From NCBI GenBank assembly GCA_047600785.1, contig JASGKH010000002.1, positions 1,302,650-1,326,649 on the forward strand: a stretch of DNA of 24,000 nt, given 5' to 3'. The notes below the pieces were generated by a model. The model was not told the origin of the DNA and searched no databases. It saw nothing but the letters and a program-made list of their open reading frames with translations. This stretch comes from Breznakibacter sp. (GTDB taxonomy: Bacteria > Bacteroidota > Bacteroidia > Bacteroidales > Marinilabiliaceae). Shown here in pieces: positions 7,582 through 15,571 of the stretch (within the stretch, counting starts at the first letter, position 1; every line of letters starts with the position of its first letter). Made by a program: the position numbers and the translations under genes.

Positions 7582-9501
7582 TCATTGATCGTTCATTGAG
7601 ATCAGAAATTCCTCGTTCGAGATGGTTTTGCCCATCCTGTCCGACAGAAACTCCATTGCTTCTACCGGCGTCATGTCCGAAAGATAGTTACGCAATATCC
7701 AAATTCGGTTCATGAACTCCTGATCAAGCAACAAATCTTCACGGCGCGTGCTCGACAAATTGACATCTACTGCAGGGAAAATACGCTTGTTGGCCAAACG
7801 ACGATCCAGTTGCAATTCCATGTTACCCGTTCCCTTAAATTCCTCAAAAATAACATCATCCATTTTTGAACCGGTATCGGTAAGCGCCGTAGCCAGAATC
7901 GTAAGCGAGCCACCGTCTTCGATATTACGCGCCGCGCCAAAAAAGCGCTTGGGCTTATGCAATGCATTGGCATCCACACCGCCTGACAATACTTTACCTG
8001 ATGCAGGAGATACCGTATTGTAGGCTCGCGCCAAACGGGTAATCGAATCGAGCAGAATTACCACATCATGCCCACACTCGGTCAAACGCTTGGCTTTCTC
8101 AAGCACAATGTTTGCGACCTTCACGTGGCGTTCCGCAGGCTCGTCAAAAGTAGACGAAATTACTTCGGCATTCACGCTTCTCGCCATATCGGTCACCTCT
8201 TCAGGGCGTTCGTCAATCAACAAAATGATCATGTACACTTCGGGATGGTTGGTGGCAATGGCATTGGCTATTTCTTTCAGCAATACCGTCTTACCCGTTT
8301 TTGGCTGGGCCACGATCAATCCACGTTGTCCTTTGCCAATAGGTGCAAACATATCCACTACGCGGCATGACAGGCTGCTTCTTTTATTCGCGGCCAATCT
8401 GAATTTTTCGTTGGGGAAAATTGGCGTCAAATGGTCAAAGGGCACACGGTCACGTACATAATCAGGCGAACGTCCATTGATGCTTTCGACCTTAATAAGC
8501 GGGAAATATTTCTCTCCCTCCTTTGGCGGACGGATAGTTCCCAACACGGTATCGCCCGTTTTCAAACCAAAAAGCTTGATTTGCGATTGCGATACATAAA
8601 TATCGTCGGGCGAACTCAGATAATTGTAGTCCGACGAGCGCAGGAATCCATAGCCATCGGGCATGATCTCCAACACTCCTGATGTAGTTACGATACCTTC
8701 AAATTCGTAAGCTTTATCTTCTTTGCGATCGTGTTTACGGAATTGTTGTTGCTCGCGAACCTGGTTCTGGCCGCGCGGTTGCGCCTGAACCTTTGGCTGA
8801 GGAGGTTGTGCAGCAGGGACTTCCGCACCCTCTTCGGGCACCTCTGTCTCTGTGGCCACAACCTCAGGTTCCGCAACAGGATCGGGATCCAAATCGGCTG
8901 GTACACTATCAGCTACAACTTGCGATTTTTTAGCCGCTTGCTCCCGTTCTTCAAACAAACGGCTGGCAATTTTTTTGATTTCGGGCGAAATGGCATTCAA
9001 ATCGGGCAATCGACGGTTACTTTCAACTTGTGGTTGTTGAACCTCCACAGGTTCATTTTGTTCCTCTACTTTCACCTCATTGCTTTCCGATCTAAAATCC
9101 AATACCGGCTTAATCGCTTTGATCAGGCTTGCTTTTTTAAGCTCCAATTTCTTTTTCGGCTTTTCCTCTACGGCCTCGGCCTCTTCTTTGGCAACCGAAG
9201 GAGCCATCGTTTCCACGGGAGCTTGGGGTGTCGCGGCATCTACGGACACTGTATCTTCCGGCGCTGTCGCCACAGAGGCCTCTTCGGCTTTGGTTTTGGC
9301 AGGACGGCCTCTTTTTCCGCCGGAGCGATCGCCTTTTTTATCGCCCTTTTTTTCCAATGATGCTTGGATAGCTTGTTCATCAAGGATTTTGTAAATCAAC
9401 TCTTGTTTTTTAAAAGATTCCACGCGTTTTACGTTCAAATCCTTGGCAATTTGCCTCAAATCAGGCAGGAGCTTCTCATTAAGCTCTAAAATGTCGTACA
9501 T
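7582..9501 (-). CDS. rho: Transcription termination factor Rho with a large N-terminal insertion domain
   Basis: Canonical Rho core: RNA-binding block [14 protein letters not shown], Walker [20 protein letters not shown] and [13 protein letters not shown]. The conserved N-terminal helix bundle [24 protein letters not shown] begins at ATG 9501. The 33 extra codons of the ORF track (up to 9600) are F/K-rich and overlap a leader hairpin. Confidence 0.93.
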   Translation of the reverse strand: MYDILELNEKLLPDLRQIAKDLNVKRVESFKKQELIYKILDEQAIQASLEKKGDKKGDRSGGKRGRPAKTKAEEASVATAPEDTVSVDAATPQAPVETMAPSVAKEEAEAVEEKPKKKLELKKASLIKAIKPVLDFRSESNEVKVEEQNEPVEVQQPQVESNRRLPDLNAISPEIKKIASRLFEEREQAAKKSQVVADSVPADLDPDPVAEPEVVATETEVPEEGAEVPAAQPPQPKVQAQPRGQNQVREQQQFRKHDRKEDKAYEFEGIVTTSGVLEIMPDGYGFLRSSDYNYLSSPDDIYVSQSQIKLFGLKTGDTVLGTIRPPKEGEKYFPLIKVESINGRSPDYVRDRVPFDHLTPIFPNEKFRLAANKRSSLSCRVVDMFAPIGKGQRGLIVAQPKTGKTVLLKEIANAIATNHPEVYMIILLIDERPEEVTDMARSVNAEVISSTFDEPAERHVKVANIVLEKAKRLTECGHDVVILLDSITRLARAYNTVSPASGKVLSGGVDANALHKPKRFFGAARNIEDGGSLTILATALTDTGSKMDDVIFEEFKGTGNMELQLDRRLANKRIFPAVDVNLSSTRREDLLLDQEFMNRIWILRNYLSDMTPVEAMEFLSDRMGKTISNEEFLISMNDQ

Positions 9502-9574
9502 AAAATAAGCAGTAAATTTTTTGGAAAAAAATCTGAAACGAATTTTGAAAATCATCACTCCTTGGAAGAAACCC

Positions 9575-9602
9575 AAATGCTTTATTTTGAGGAAAAGCAT
9601 TT
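9575..9602 (-). promoter_or_regulatory. 9-bp hairpin in the predicted rho 5' leader
   Basis: AAATGCTTT (9575..9583) and AAAGCATTT (9594..9602) form a perfect inverted repeat with a 10-nt loop. It lies between the predicted promoter (9627..9657) and ATG 9501. Confidence 0.4.
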
Positions 9603-9626
9603 AAGAGTGCATGAAGTATTGACGTG

Positions 9627-9657
9627 CAAACATAGGGATTAACTATTTACGATCAAA
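9627..9657 (-). promoter_or_regulatory. Bacteroidota sigma-A promoter for rho (-33 TTTG / -7 TATGTTTG)
   Basis: The minus strand reads TTTG(9657..9654)-19 nt-TATGTTTG(9634..9627). Both elements and the 19-nt spacer match the TTTG/TAnnTTTG consensus described for Bacteroides and Flavobacterium. This implies a leader of about 120 nt. Confidence 0.55.
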
Positions 9658-9668
9658 GAATTTTTTAA

Positions 9669-9725
9669 TTTTTATGCCATGATTTATCGCATTTTTTACA
9701 TTTTCATTTTGTGATGGCATAAAAA
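9669..9725. repeat. 12-bp perfect inverted repeat TTTTTATGCCAT / ATGGCATAAAAA in the rho-rpoD divergent region
   Basis: Arms at 9669..9680 and 9714..9725 with a 33-nt AT-rich spacer, read directly from the sequence. Confidence 0.6.
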
Positions 9726-9788
9726 AAATGCAACTTTAAAACCCATACAAATTGAATTATCAATTACCTAACCAAAATAAACCGTTAT

Positions 9789-10655
9789 ATGAGACAACTC
9801 AAGATAACCAAGCAAGTCACCAACCGTGAAACCCCTTCGCTGGACAAGTATCTTCACGAAATAGGAAAGGTTAAATTGGTCACCACAGAAGAAGAAGTGG
9901 TACTGGCCAAGCAAATTAAACAAGGTAACCAAAAAGCTCTTGAAACATTGGTGAATGCCAACCTGCGATTTGTGGTATCGGTAGCCAAACAGTACCAAAA
10001 CCAGGGCCTTACCCTTCCCGACCTTATTAACGAGGGGAATCTGGGGCTGATAAAGGCCGCACAGCGTTTCGACGAAACGCGCGGCTTCAAATTTATTTCC
10101 TATGCCGTGTGGTGGATCAGGCAATCCATTCTTCAGGCATTGGCCGAGCAGGCACGTATTGTCAGGTTGCCGCTCAATAAGATCGGGTACATCAACAAAG
10201 TAAACAACACTTTTTCGCGACTGGAGCAGGAGTATCAGCGCGAGCCGACCAGCGAAGAAATCGCCGATATTTTAGACCTTGCCCCCAAAGATGTGAAAGA
10301 TGCTTTGAAGGTGACCTCACGGCATGTTTCAATGGATGCTCCCTTAAAAAAAGATGAAGACAATACACTATACGACATTCTTTTGGAAAAGGACACGGAG
10401 AGTCCTGACGCCGGTTTATTGAGTGATTCGTTGCGTAAAGAAATCGAACGATCGCTCTCTACCCTCTCGATGCGCGAAGCCGATATTATCCGCCTGTACT
10501 ATGGTTTAGGGGGGGAACCTCCATATTCGCTTGAAGAAATCGGGAAACTCTTCAACCTTACCCGTGAACGAGTGCGCCAGATAAAAGAAAAAGGGATCAA
10601 GAGGCTAAAACACACATACAGAAGCAAAATTTTGAAATCATATTTAGGGCAATAA
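9789..10655 (+). CDS. rpoD: Primary RNA polymerase sigma factor (sigma-70 family, short Bacteroidota type)
   Basis: 288-aa ORF. Region 2 reads [28 protein letters not shown] and region 4 reads [24 protein letters not shown]. There is no region 1.1, as in Bacteroidota primary sigma factors. Confidence 0.92.
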   Translation: MRQLKITKQVTNRETPSLDKYLHEIGKVKLVTTEEEVVLAKQIKQGNQKALETLVNANLRFVVSVAKQYQNQGLTLPDLINEGNLGLIKAAQRFDETRGFKFISYAVWWIRQSILQALAEQARIVRLPLNKIGYINKVNNTFSRLEQEYQREPTSEEIADILDLAPKDVKDALKVTSRHVSMDAPLKKDEDNTLYDILLEKDTESPDAGLLSDSLRKEIERSLSTLSMREADIIRLYYGLGGEPPYSLEEIGKLFNLTRERVRQIKEKGIKRLKHTYRSKILKSYLGQ

Positions 10656-10695
10656 ACCGTTCGATTTAGGTTTTAGTAAAATAGTAATTATAGGC

Positions 10696-10728
10696 TTGGC
10701 CGTTGGTTTCCCAACGGCCAAATTTTTA
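10696..10728 (+). terminator. Rho-independent terminator after rpoD
   Basis: TTGGCCGTTGG-tttc-CCAACGGCCAA followed by aTTTTT. 11-bp stem, 40 nt after the stop. Confidence 0.8.
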
Positions 10729-10767
10729 ATATGGCGCGTTATCTTCCCAAACTCCGCCAAATATCAC

Positions 10768-10775
10768 TAACTTTG
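10768..10775 (+). promoter_or_regulatory. Candidate -7 box TAACTTTG for rpe
   Basis: Exact TAnnTTTG match 20 nt upstream of ATG 10795. The -33 element is not evident. Confidence 0.4.
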
Positions 10776-10794
10776 ACTCAAATTATCAACAGAA

Positions 10795-11466
10795 ATGGGT
10801 CATTTAATTGCTCCGTCACTATTGGCAGCCAACTTTTACGACTTAAAAAGCGATATCGACATGTTCAATGCCAGCGATGCCGACTGGTTGCACCTCGACA
10901 TTATGGATGGCATGTTCGTTCCAAATATATCGTTTGGGCTTCCTATCCTCCACTCGCTAAAACCTCACGTTAAGAAGCCGTTCGATGTGCATTTGATGAT
11001 CGAAAAGCCAGAAAGGTATATCAAAGATTTCAAAGAGGCGGGAGCCGATTGGCTCAATGTGCATTACGAGGCAAGTACACACCTCCACCGTACGTTGCAA
11101 AGTATCCGCAAAGAGGGGATGAAAGCAGGTGTGACGCTTAATCCGCACACACCGGTAAACGTATTGGAAGAGATCATCTGCGACACCGATCTGGTATTGA
11201 TCATGTCGGTAAACCCCGGCTTTGGCGGCCAATCGTTCATCGAACATACTTACGATAAGATTGCACGGCTCAAAGAACTCATCCTTCGCAAAAATTCTTC
11301 TGCCTTTATCGAAGTAGATGGTGGCGTGGATGGCCGTACAGCACCGTCTTTGATCAAAGCCGGCGCCGATGTGCTGGTGTCAGGTAGTTATGTGTTCAAT
11401 TCGTCCGACCCGATGAAAACAATTAAGGAATTGAAAGAAGTCGGAATAAAAAAAGCTAGAGATTGA
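10795..11466 (+). CDS. rpe: Ribulose-phosphate 3-epimerase
   Basis: 223-aa ORF with HLDIMDGMFVPNISFG, MSVNPGFGGQSF and EVDGGV blocks. Confidence 0.93.
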   Translation: MGHLIAPSLLAANFYDLKSDIDMFNASDADWLHLDIMDGMFVPNISFGLPILHSLKPHVKKPFDVHLMIEKPERYIKDFKEAGADWLNVHYEASTHLHRTLQSIRKEGMKAGVTLNPHTPVNVLEEIICDTDLVLIMSVNPGFGGQSFIEHTYDKIARLKELILRKNSSAFIEVDGGVDGRTAPSLIKAGADVLVSGSYVFNSSDPMKTIKELKEVGIKKARD

Positions 11467-11691
11467 CCTCTATAAACCCAAAACGAACTTAGCCTTCATG
11501 CAACATTGCCGCCCCTCTAACGAAGGGTCACCGCACTGTTTTTTCCGGATAGTAAGAGTAGCCCATGGAATTTTCCGTGCGACTCTGCCCATACGAAAAT
11601 CTTCCCATTAGATGATGAATCCCTTGTTATTGCAACCGAAAAAGGTCATTTTCTATCTGCACTAACAAGCATTCCAATGGTCTGTCGGACT

Positions 11692-12978
11692 TTATTTATT
11701 TCTCAGTTTTTTCCGTTCTTTTTCCTTGGATTTCCGTGCCGCCTTTTTTTTCTCATGGTTCTTTGTTTCTTCTTCCTGCTGCTGCGCTTCTCGGAGCAGT
11801 TGTTTCCAGTTCGTATTCGGCTCAGCGCTTAGCAACAACGTACTTTGGTACTCTTCGCGCTCAAGCTCGATCACGTCGACTTCTTTTCCCAACTGGTTTT
11901 CGATGTCGACAAGCAATGTTTTTTCTTCATCGGCACAAAACGACACTGCAGTTCCCCGGCGCATCCCCCGTCCGGTACGCCCCACACGATGCACATAATT
12001 TTCAGCATTATCGGGCATGTCATAGTTGACCACGTAGTCAACATCGGGGACATCAATCCCACGGGCGCTTACGTCCGTCGCGATAAGGAGTTTCGTAGCA
12101 TTGTTTTTAAAACTTTTCAAAGCTTCGTCGCGTTGCTTTTGGTCCTTACCACCATGAATGGTCATACTCTGGATATTTGCCCGTTGCATGGCAGCCATCA
12201 CCCGTTCGGCACGAACTTTCGTACGCACGAAGACCAATATTTTACTATCAGGGTTTTCGTTGATAATGCGCTCGAGAAAAAAACGTTTGTCATCCATCCC
12301 GACGAACAACACTGAATGGTCCACGTTTTTCGACACCGGGTTTTTAGGCGATATCTGGATACGGATGGCATTGTGAACCAGCGAATAAGCTAATTTTTTT
12401 ATCTCATCGTCAATGGTGGCCGAAAAGAAAAGGGTTTGTCGGTTATTCGGCAACATTCTCACCAATTGATTGATATTTTGGTAAAAACCGAACTCCAGCA
12501 TCCGGTCGGCTTCATCCAATATCAATATTTGCACCCTATGGAGCTTCAGATAACCCCGGGTTACCAAATCGTACATCCGTCCCGGCGTGGCCACCAATAT
12601 ATCGGTCCCTTTCTCTAGGCTGTCAATTTGCGGTTGCTGGTCCACACCACCGTGTATACAGGTGATGACCAACGGGGTATGCCGTCCGAGTTCGACGAAC
12701 ACATCAGCTATCTGTTGTGCCAGTTCATGCGTAGGGACCATTACAATGCACCTGACACCGTCAGGACGGCCAACGACCCTGCGTTTTTGCAAAAGATCGA
12801 GCACAGGGATGGCAAAAGCTGCCGTTTTACCCGTACCTGTTTGGGCAATGGCCAGCACATCCTCACCTTTCAATATATGGGGGATGGATTTAAACTGGAT
12901 ATCGGTAGGTTTTTTGTAGCCCAGTTTCTGGATACTTTTCAGAATCCCTTCGGCCAAATTGAGTTGTTCGAAACGCAT
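11692..12978 (-). CDS. DEAD-box ATP-dependent RNA helicase with a basic C-terminal tail
   Basis: Motif I AQTGTGKTAAF, motif II DEAD, motif III SAT, motif VI HRVGRTGR. The tail is Lys/Glu-rich (KKKAARKSKEKERKKLRNK). Confidence 0.93.
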   Translation of the reverse strand: MRFEQLNLAEGILKSIQKLGYKKPTDIQFKSIPHILKGEDVLAIAQTGTGKTAAFAIPVLDLLQKRRVVGRPDGVRCIVMVPTHELAQQIADVFVELGRHTPLVITCIHGGVDQQPQIDSLEKGTDILVATPGRMYDLVTRGYLKLHRVQILILDEADRMLEFGFYQNINQLVRMLPNNRQTLFFSATIDDEIKKLAYSLVHNAIRIQISPKNPVSKNVDHSVLFVGMDDKRFFLERIINENPDSKILVFVRTKVRAERVMAAMQRANIQSMTIHGGKDQKQRDEALKSFKNNATKLLIATDVSARGIDVPDVDYVVNYDMPDNAENYVHRVGRTGRGMRRGTAVSFCADEEKTLLVDIENQLGKEVDVIELEREEYQSTLLLSAEPNTNWKQLLREAQQQEEETKNHEKKKAARKSKEKERKKLRNK

Positions 12979-12994
12979 TTGTGTCTATTTGCCG

Positions 12995-13002
12995 CAAAGA
13001 TA
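12995..13002 (-). promoter_or_regulatory. Candidate -7 box TATCTTTG for the DEAD-box helicase
   Basis: The plus strand caaagata is TATCTTTG on the minus strand, 17 nt upstream of ATG 12978. Confidence 0.4.
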
Positions 13003-13225
13003 AACAAATTAATACGGGCTTGCACGACAACAGCAACGGGCAGAAAGTTCTATACTTGCTAACTCCGGATCAAAACGAACGAGAAGGGTACCTACAGGCA
13101 ATATGGCAATGTCCATATTTTATGTAATTCGTTGTGTTTTCAGCCCTGGCATGGAACTCCCGAATCCCTTACGTAAAGACTTATAATCCACATCAAAATA
13201 CATGACAGAACTTTTACGCACCCCA

Positions 13226-13939
13226 TTAATTAACTAACATGCAATGTATTATACAACGCACATACAATCCGATCAGGCCATATTGGGAAAGCTAAAAGCC
13301 TTCCTGTCATACTTTCATTTTGATAAGAACAACATTTTTATATTTATCCATTCCGGCCAAATAAACCCAAATAAATGCAATGAAAACAACGGATACCAAA
13401 TATAATATTGACAATCGCCAAAAGTTGGTCAGGTGTGTATCTTCCATATTGAAGCTGCTTGTTTTCATGGCTATGAACATGGTTTCTATCTGCCACCTTT
13501 CCTTGTACTCGGTCTTGTTTGTTGACCGGCGATGATAACAAATTCGATTTTCCATGTGGTTTTATCGACGGTTTTGGCTGTCGATAAAATAGACAAGGTT
13601 CCGCCCAAATGGACCAACCCATTGTAATGCATGTACTCGCCCACCCGCAGATAGTTGAACAGCTCCAAGGCCTTCTTTTCTCCAATGGTCCGATTCGTAA
13701 GTAACCTGTCTCTCAAATCCTTGCGAAAGTTCTACAAACGAAACCGTGTGCAATTTGCACATTGTACAGACAATTGATATCATGCGTTTTACATAGGTCG
13801 TATGCCATCCGGTCGTCTCTTTAAACAGTTGGATTAATTCGCGATGCTTGTTATCAACCTTGGTGCTCATGTATAGTAGAAAAGAGATGGTAGTCCAATG
13901 TAAAATAATGAAAATCAATGTTTCATTCAAATGCCTCAT
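13226..13939 (-). mobile_element. IS4-family transposase relic 1: internally deleted and multiply frame-shifted (non-functional)
   Basis: N-terminal piece ...CKLHTVSFVELSQGFERQVTYESDHWR (ORF 13562..13939). DKTTWKIEF is in a second frame. The C-terminal piece YKERWQIETMFIAMKTSSFNMEDTHLT (ORF 13307..13555) carries the IS4 Y-2-R-3-E-6-K signature at 13463..13507. A further tail, SQYGLIGLYVRCII, is in a third frame down to about 13226. The coding remnant of about 0.65 kb is far shorter than a roughly 1.2 kb IS4 transposase, so the DDE core is missing. Confidence 0.75.
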
Positions 13940-14144
13940 GAATTAATTGATTTACTTCCAATGGATTAGCAACATTATTATATATTGAGGTTGATAGCAT
14001 AAGATAAGGAAAGGTGAGGTTCTATGGATTTCTCTACATCTCCTGTCAGCTATACACTTTATGAAAACTGGGATTGTGTGCGAACTCCTGCTGCATTATT
14101 TGGCTATGAGTAATGCCCCGATTGACTTGAAGGAATAAAGTACG

Positions 14145-14273
14145 ATGTTTAAAAGAATCCTTATTAGGAAAATAGTTAGAAAAAATAATTTAGATAATAT
14201 ATTAGGATGTTCAATATTATATATATTTGTCGTGATAGTAAAGCGAGGACGCCGAAAATCGTATAAAGAGTAG
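14145..14273 (+). CDS. Candidate 42-aa small membrane peptide (MFKRILIRKIVRKNNLDNILGCSILYIFVVIVKRGRRKSYKE)
   Basis: An ATG-initiated 42-codon open frame in a stretch that is only about 15-25% GC, where stop codons should be frequent. A hydrophobic core (ILGCSILYIFVVIV) is flanked by Arg/Lys clusters. It ends 18 nt before the next gene. No homology evidence. Confidence 0.3.
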   Translation: MFKRILIRKIVRKNNLDNILGCSILYIFVVIVKRGRRKSYKE

Positions 14274-14291
14274 GCATAAAATTTTAGCTCT

Positions 14292-14993
14292 ATGTTTAGG
14301 AGATTTCTACCACTATTAGGCGCATTGGTTTTTGCGATTTATTGTAATGCACAGCAGTTGTTGTCGCCATCATTTACCTTTTCGCACAACAAAACTGCCT
14401 ATGTTACATTGAATGACGGAACTGAATTAAAAGGAACTTTGAAGGACATTGACAGGAAAAAGGGGTTGATCAAATTTGTGAATTTGGAAGATGGCACAGG
14501 GAAAAAGCATAAACTTAAGCCAGAAACCATAAAATATATGTACCTTCCTCCAAGTGGAGTTGATAAACTTAGTAAAGCAGCATCTTTCCTTACCGATATG
14601 CAAAAATGGAACAATGAAAAGATGGATCAAGATTTGCTAAATCAAGGCTATGTGTATTTTGAGAACACGAAGGTTAAAATCAAAAAGAAAGAATTTACTC
14701 TTTTGATGCAGTTGTTGAATCCCTCTTTCTCGCGAGTTGTAAAAGTTTACCACGATCCTTTGGCCAAGTCAACGGCTTCAATCGGAGCAGGACCTGTGAC
14801 TCTTGCCGGAGGCGATGCTAAGTCATATTATATAAAGATAGGTGAAGATGCTGCATTCTTGGTGGAAAAAAAGAACTATAAAAAAGAGTTTGTTCCTTTG
14901 TGGAAGAGTTGCGCCAATGTCAAGGAAAAATATCCCGAAGTTAAGTGGACCCAATTGGCCGATCATATCATTACTTACACAGAGTGTAAATGA
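14292..14993 (+). CDS. Secreted protein of unknown function (signal peptide, Lys-rich), low-GC cargo gene
   Basis: 233-aa ORF with N-terminal signal peptide MFRRFLPLLGALVFAIYCNA|QQ and no family recognised. There is a TATATTTG -7 box at 14222..14229 and a strong terminator immediately downstream. GC is about 33% on a hand-counted line, against about 50% in flanking genes. Confidence 0.7.
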   Translation: MFRRFLPLLGALVFAIYCNAQQLLSPSFTFSHNKTAYVTLNDGTELKGTLKDIDRKKGLIKFVNLEDGTGKKHKLKPETIKYMYLPPSGVDKLSKAASFLTDMQKWNNEKMDQDLLNQGYVYFENTKVKIKKKEFTLLMQLLNPSFSRVVKVYHDPLAKSTASIGAGPVTLAGGDAKSYYIKIGEDAAFLVEKKNYKKEFVPLWKSCANVKEKYPEVKWTQLADHIITYTECK

Positions 14994-15037
14994 TATAGCT
15001 GAGGATATAAATGAAGAATGGAAGTTCCTTTTCTTTC

Positions 15038-15074
15038 AAAAACAGAAAGCCACTTATGTGGCTTTCTGTTTTTG
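15038..15074 (+). terminator. Rho-independent terminator after the 14292..14993 gene
   Basis: AAAAACAGAAAGCCAC-ttat-GTGGCTTTCTGTTTTT. 16-bp perfect stem including A/T extensions, so it could act in both directions. Confidence 0.85.
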
Positions 15075-15159
15075 AGTCTCAATACGAATCACGATCACGT
15101 TTCTGACTTCCTCATAATTCGGTAGTGCAATTTTTACTTTGTTTTTGATGTGCTGAGTT

Positions 15160-15571
15160 TTAACAAGGAAATCTGGCCATGCCGACCACCAACACCCCAC
15201 GAAGATGCCTATCTTGGTTGATCAGTTCGGCCGATTGGAACGCCAACATAGTGATGAGCAACAATAGGGTAAACCCGATGCCGCCCAACGACCCTAATCC
15301 AGTAAATGGAGCCCAATGGTGTTCTGCAAAAAATCGCAGGATCCGCCGATGGTTCGATTCGGAAGTCGCCTGTCTATCAAACCCTTGCGTAAGAGTTACA
15401 AATGAAATCATTACATTGCATTGTATATACTTCTGTATGGTTTACAAAACGTAACAAAACAATCGTTCCATGGACTACCAAACCGAAAACAAAAGCGCAC
15501 CGATGCCTTCAATGCAATGATGCGCTTTCCGTTCTTAATACGGTCAATCATCCCGTACCTGTATAGATGTT
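15160..15571 (-). mobile_element. IS4-family transposase relic 2: N-terminal fragment only, truncated
   Basis: ORF 15160..15411 reads ISFVTLTQGFDRQATSESNHRRILRFFAE..., a paralogue of relic 1. Over 15343..15408 versus 13679..13744 I count 14 of 22 aa and 51 of 66 nt identical by hand. Upstream N-terminal sequence is in another frame up to the creD stop. No C-terminal Y-2-R-3-E-6-K block follows. Confidence 0.7.

Noticed and set aside
8731-9360. A 209-aa plus-strand ORF lies antisense to the rho insertion region.
   Set aside because: Its Phe/Leu/Arg-rich low-complexity translation mirrors the Glu/Lys/Ala/Pro-rich Rho insertion. Such mirror frames stay open by composition alone.
10731-10973. 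An 80-aa plus-strand ORF overlaps the rpe start in another frame.
   Set aside because: It covers the rpe promoter box and the first 60 codons of a clearly recognisable rpe. Its translation is Arg/Gln/Cys-rich with no motifs.
13226-15571. I considered the two IS relics plus cargo as an active composite transposon.
   Set aside because: Neither relic retains a DDE catalytic core. Both are frame-shifted, and they share only about 77% identity over the best-conserved 66 nt. I could not identify terminal inverted repeats or target duplications by eye. This is a fossil at best.
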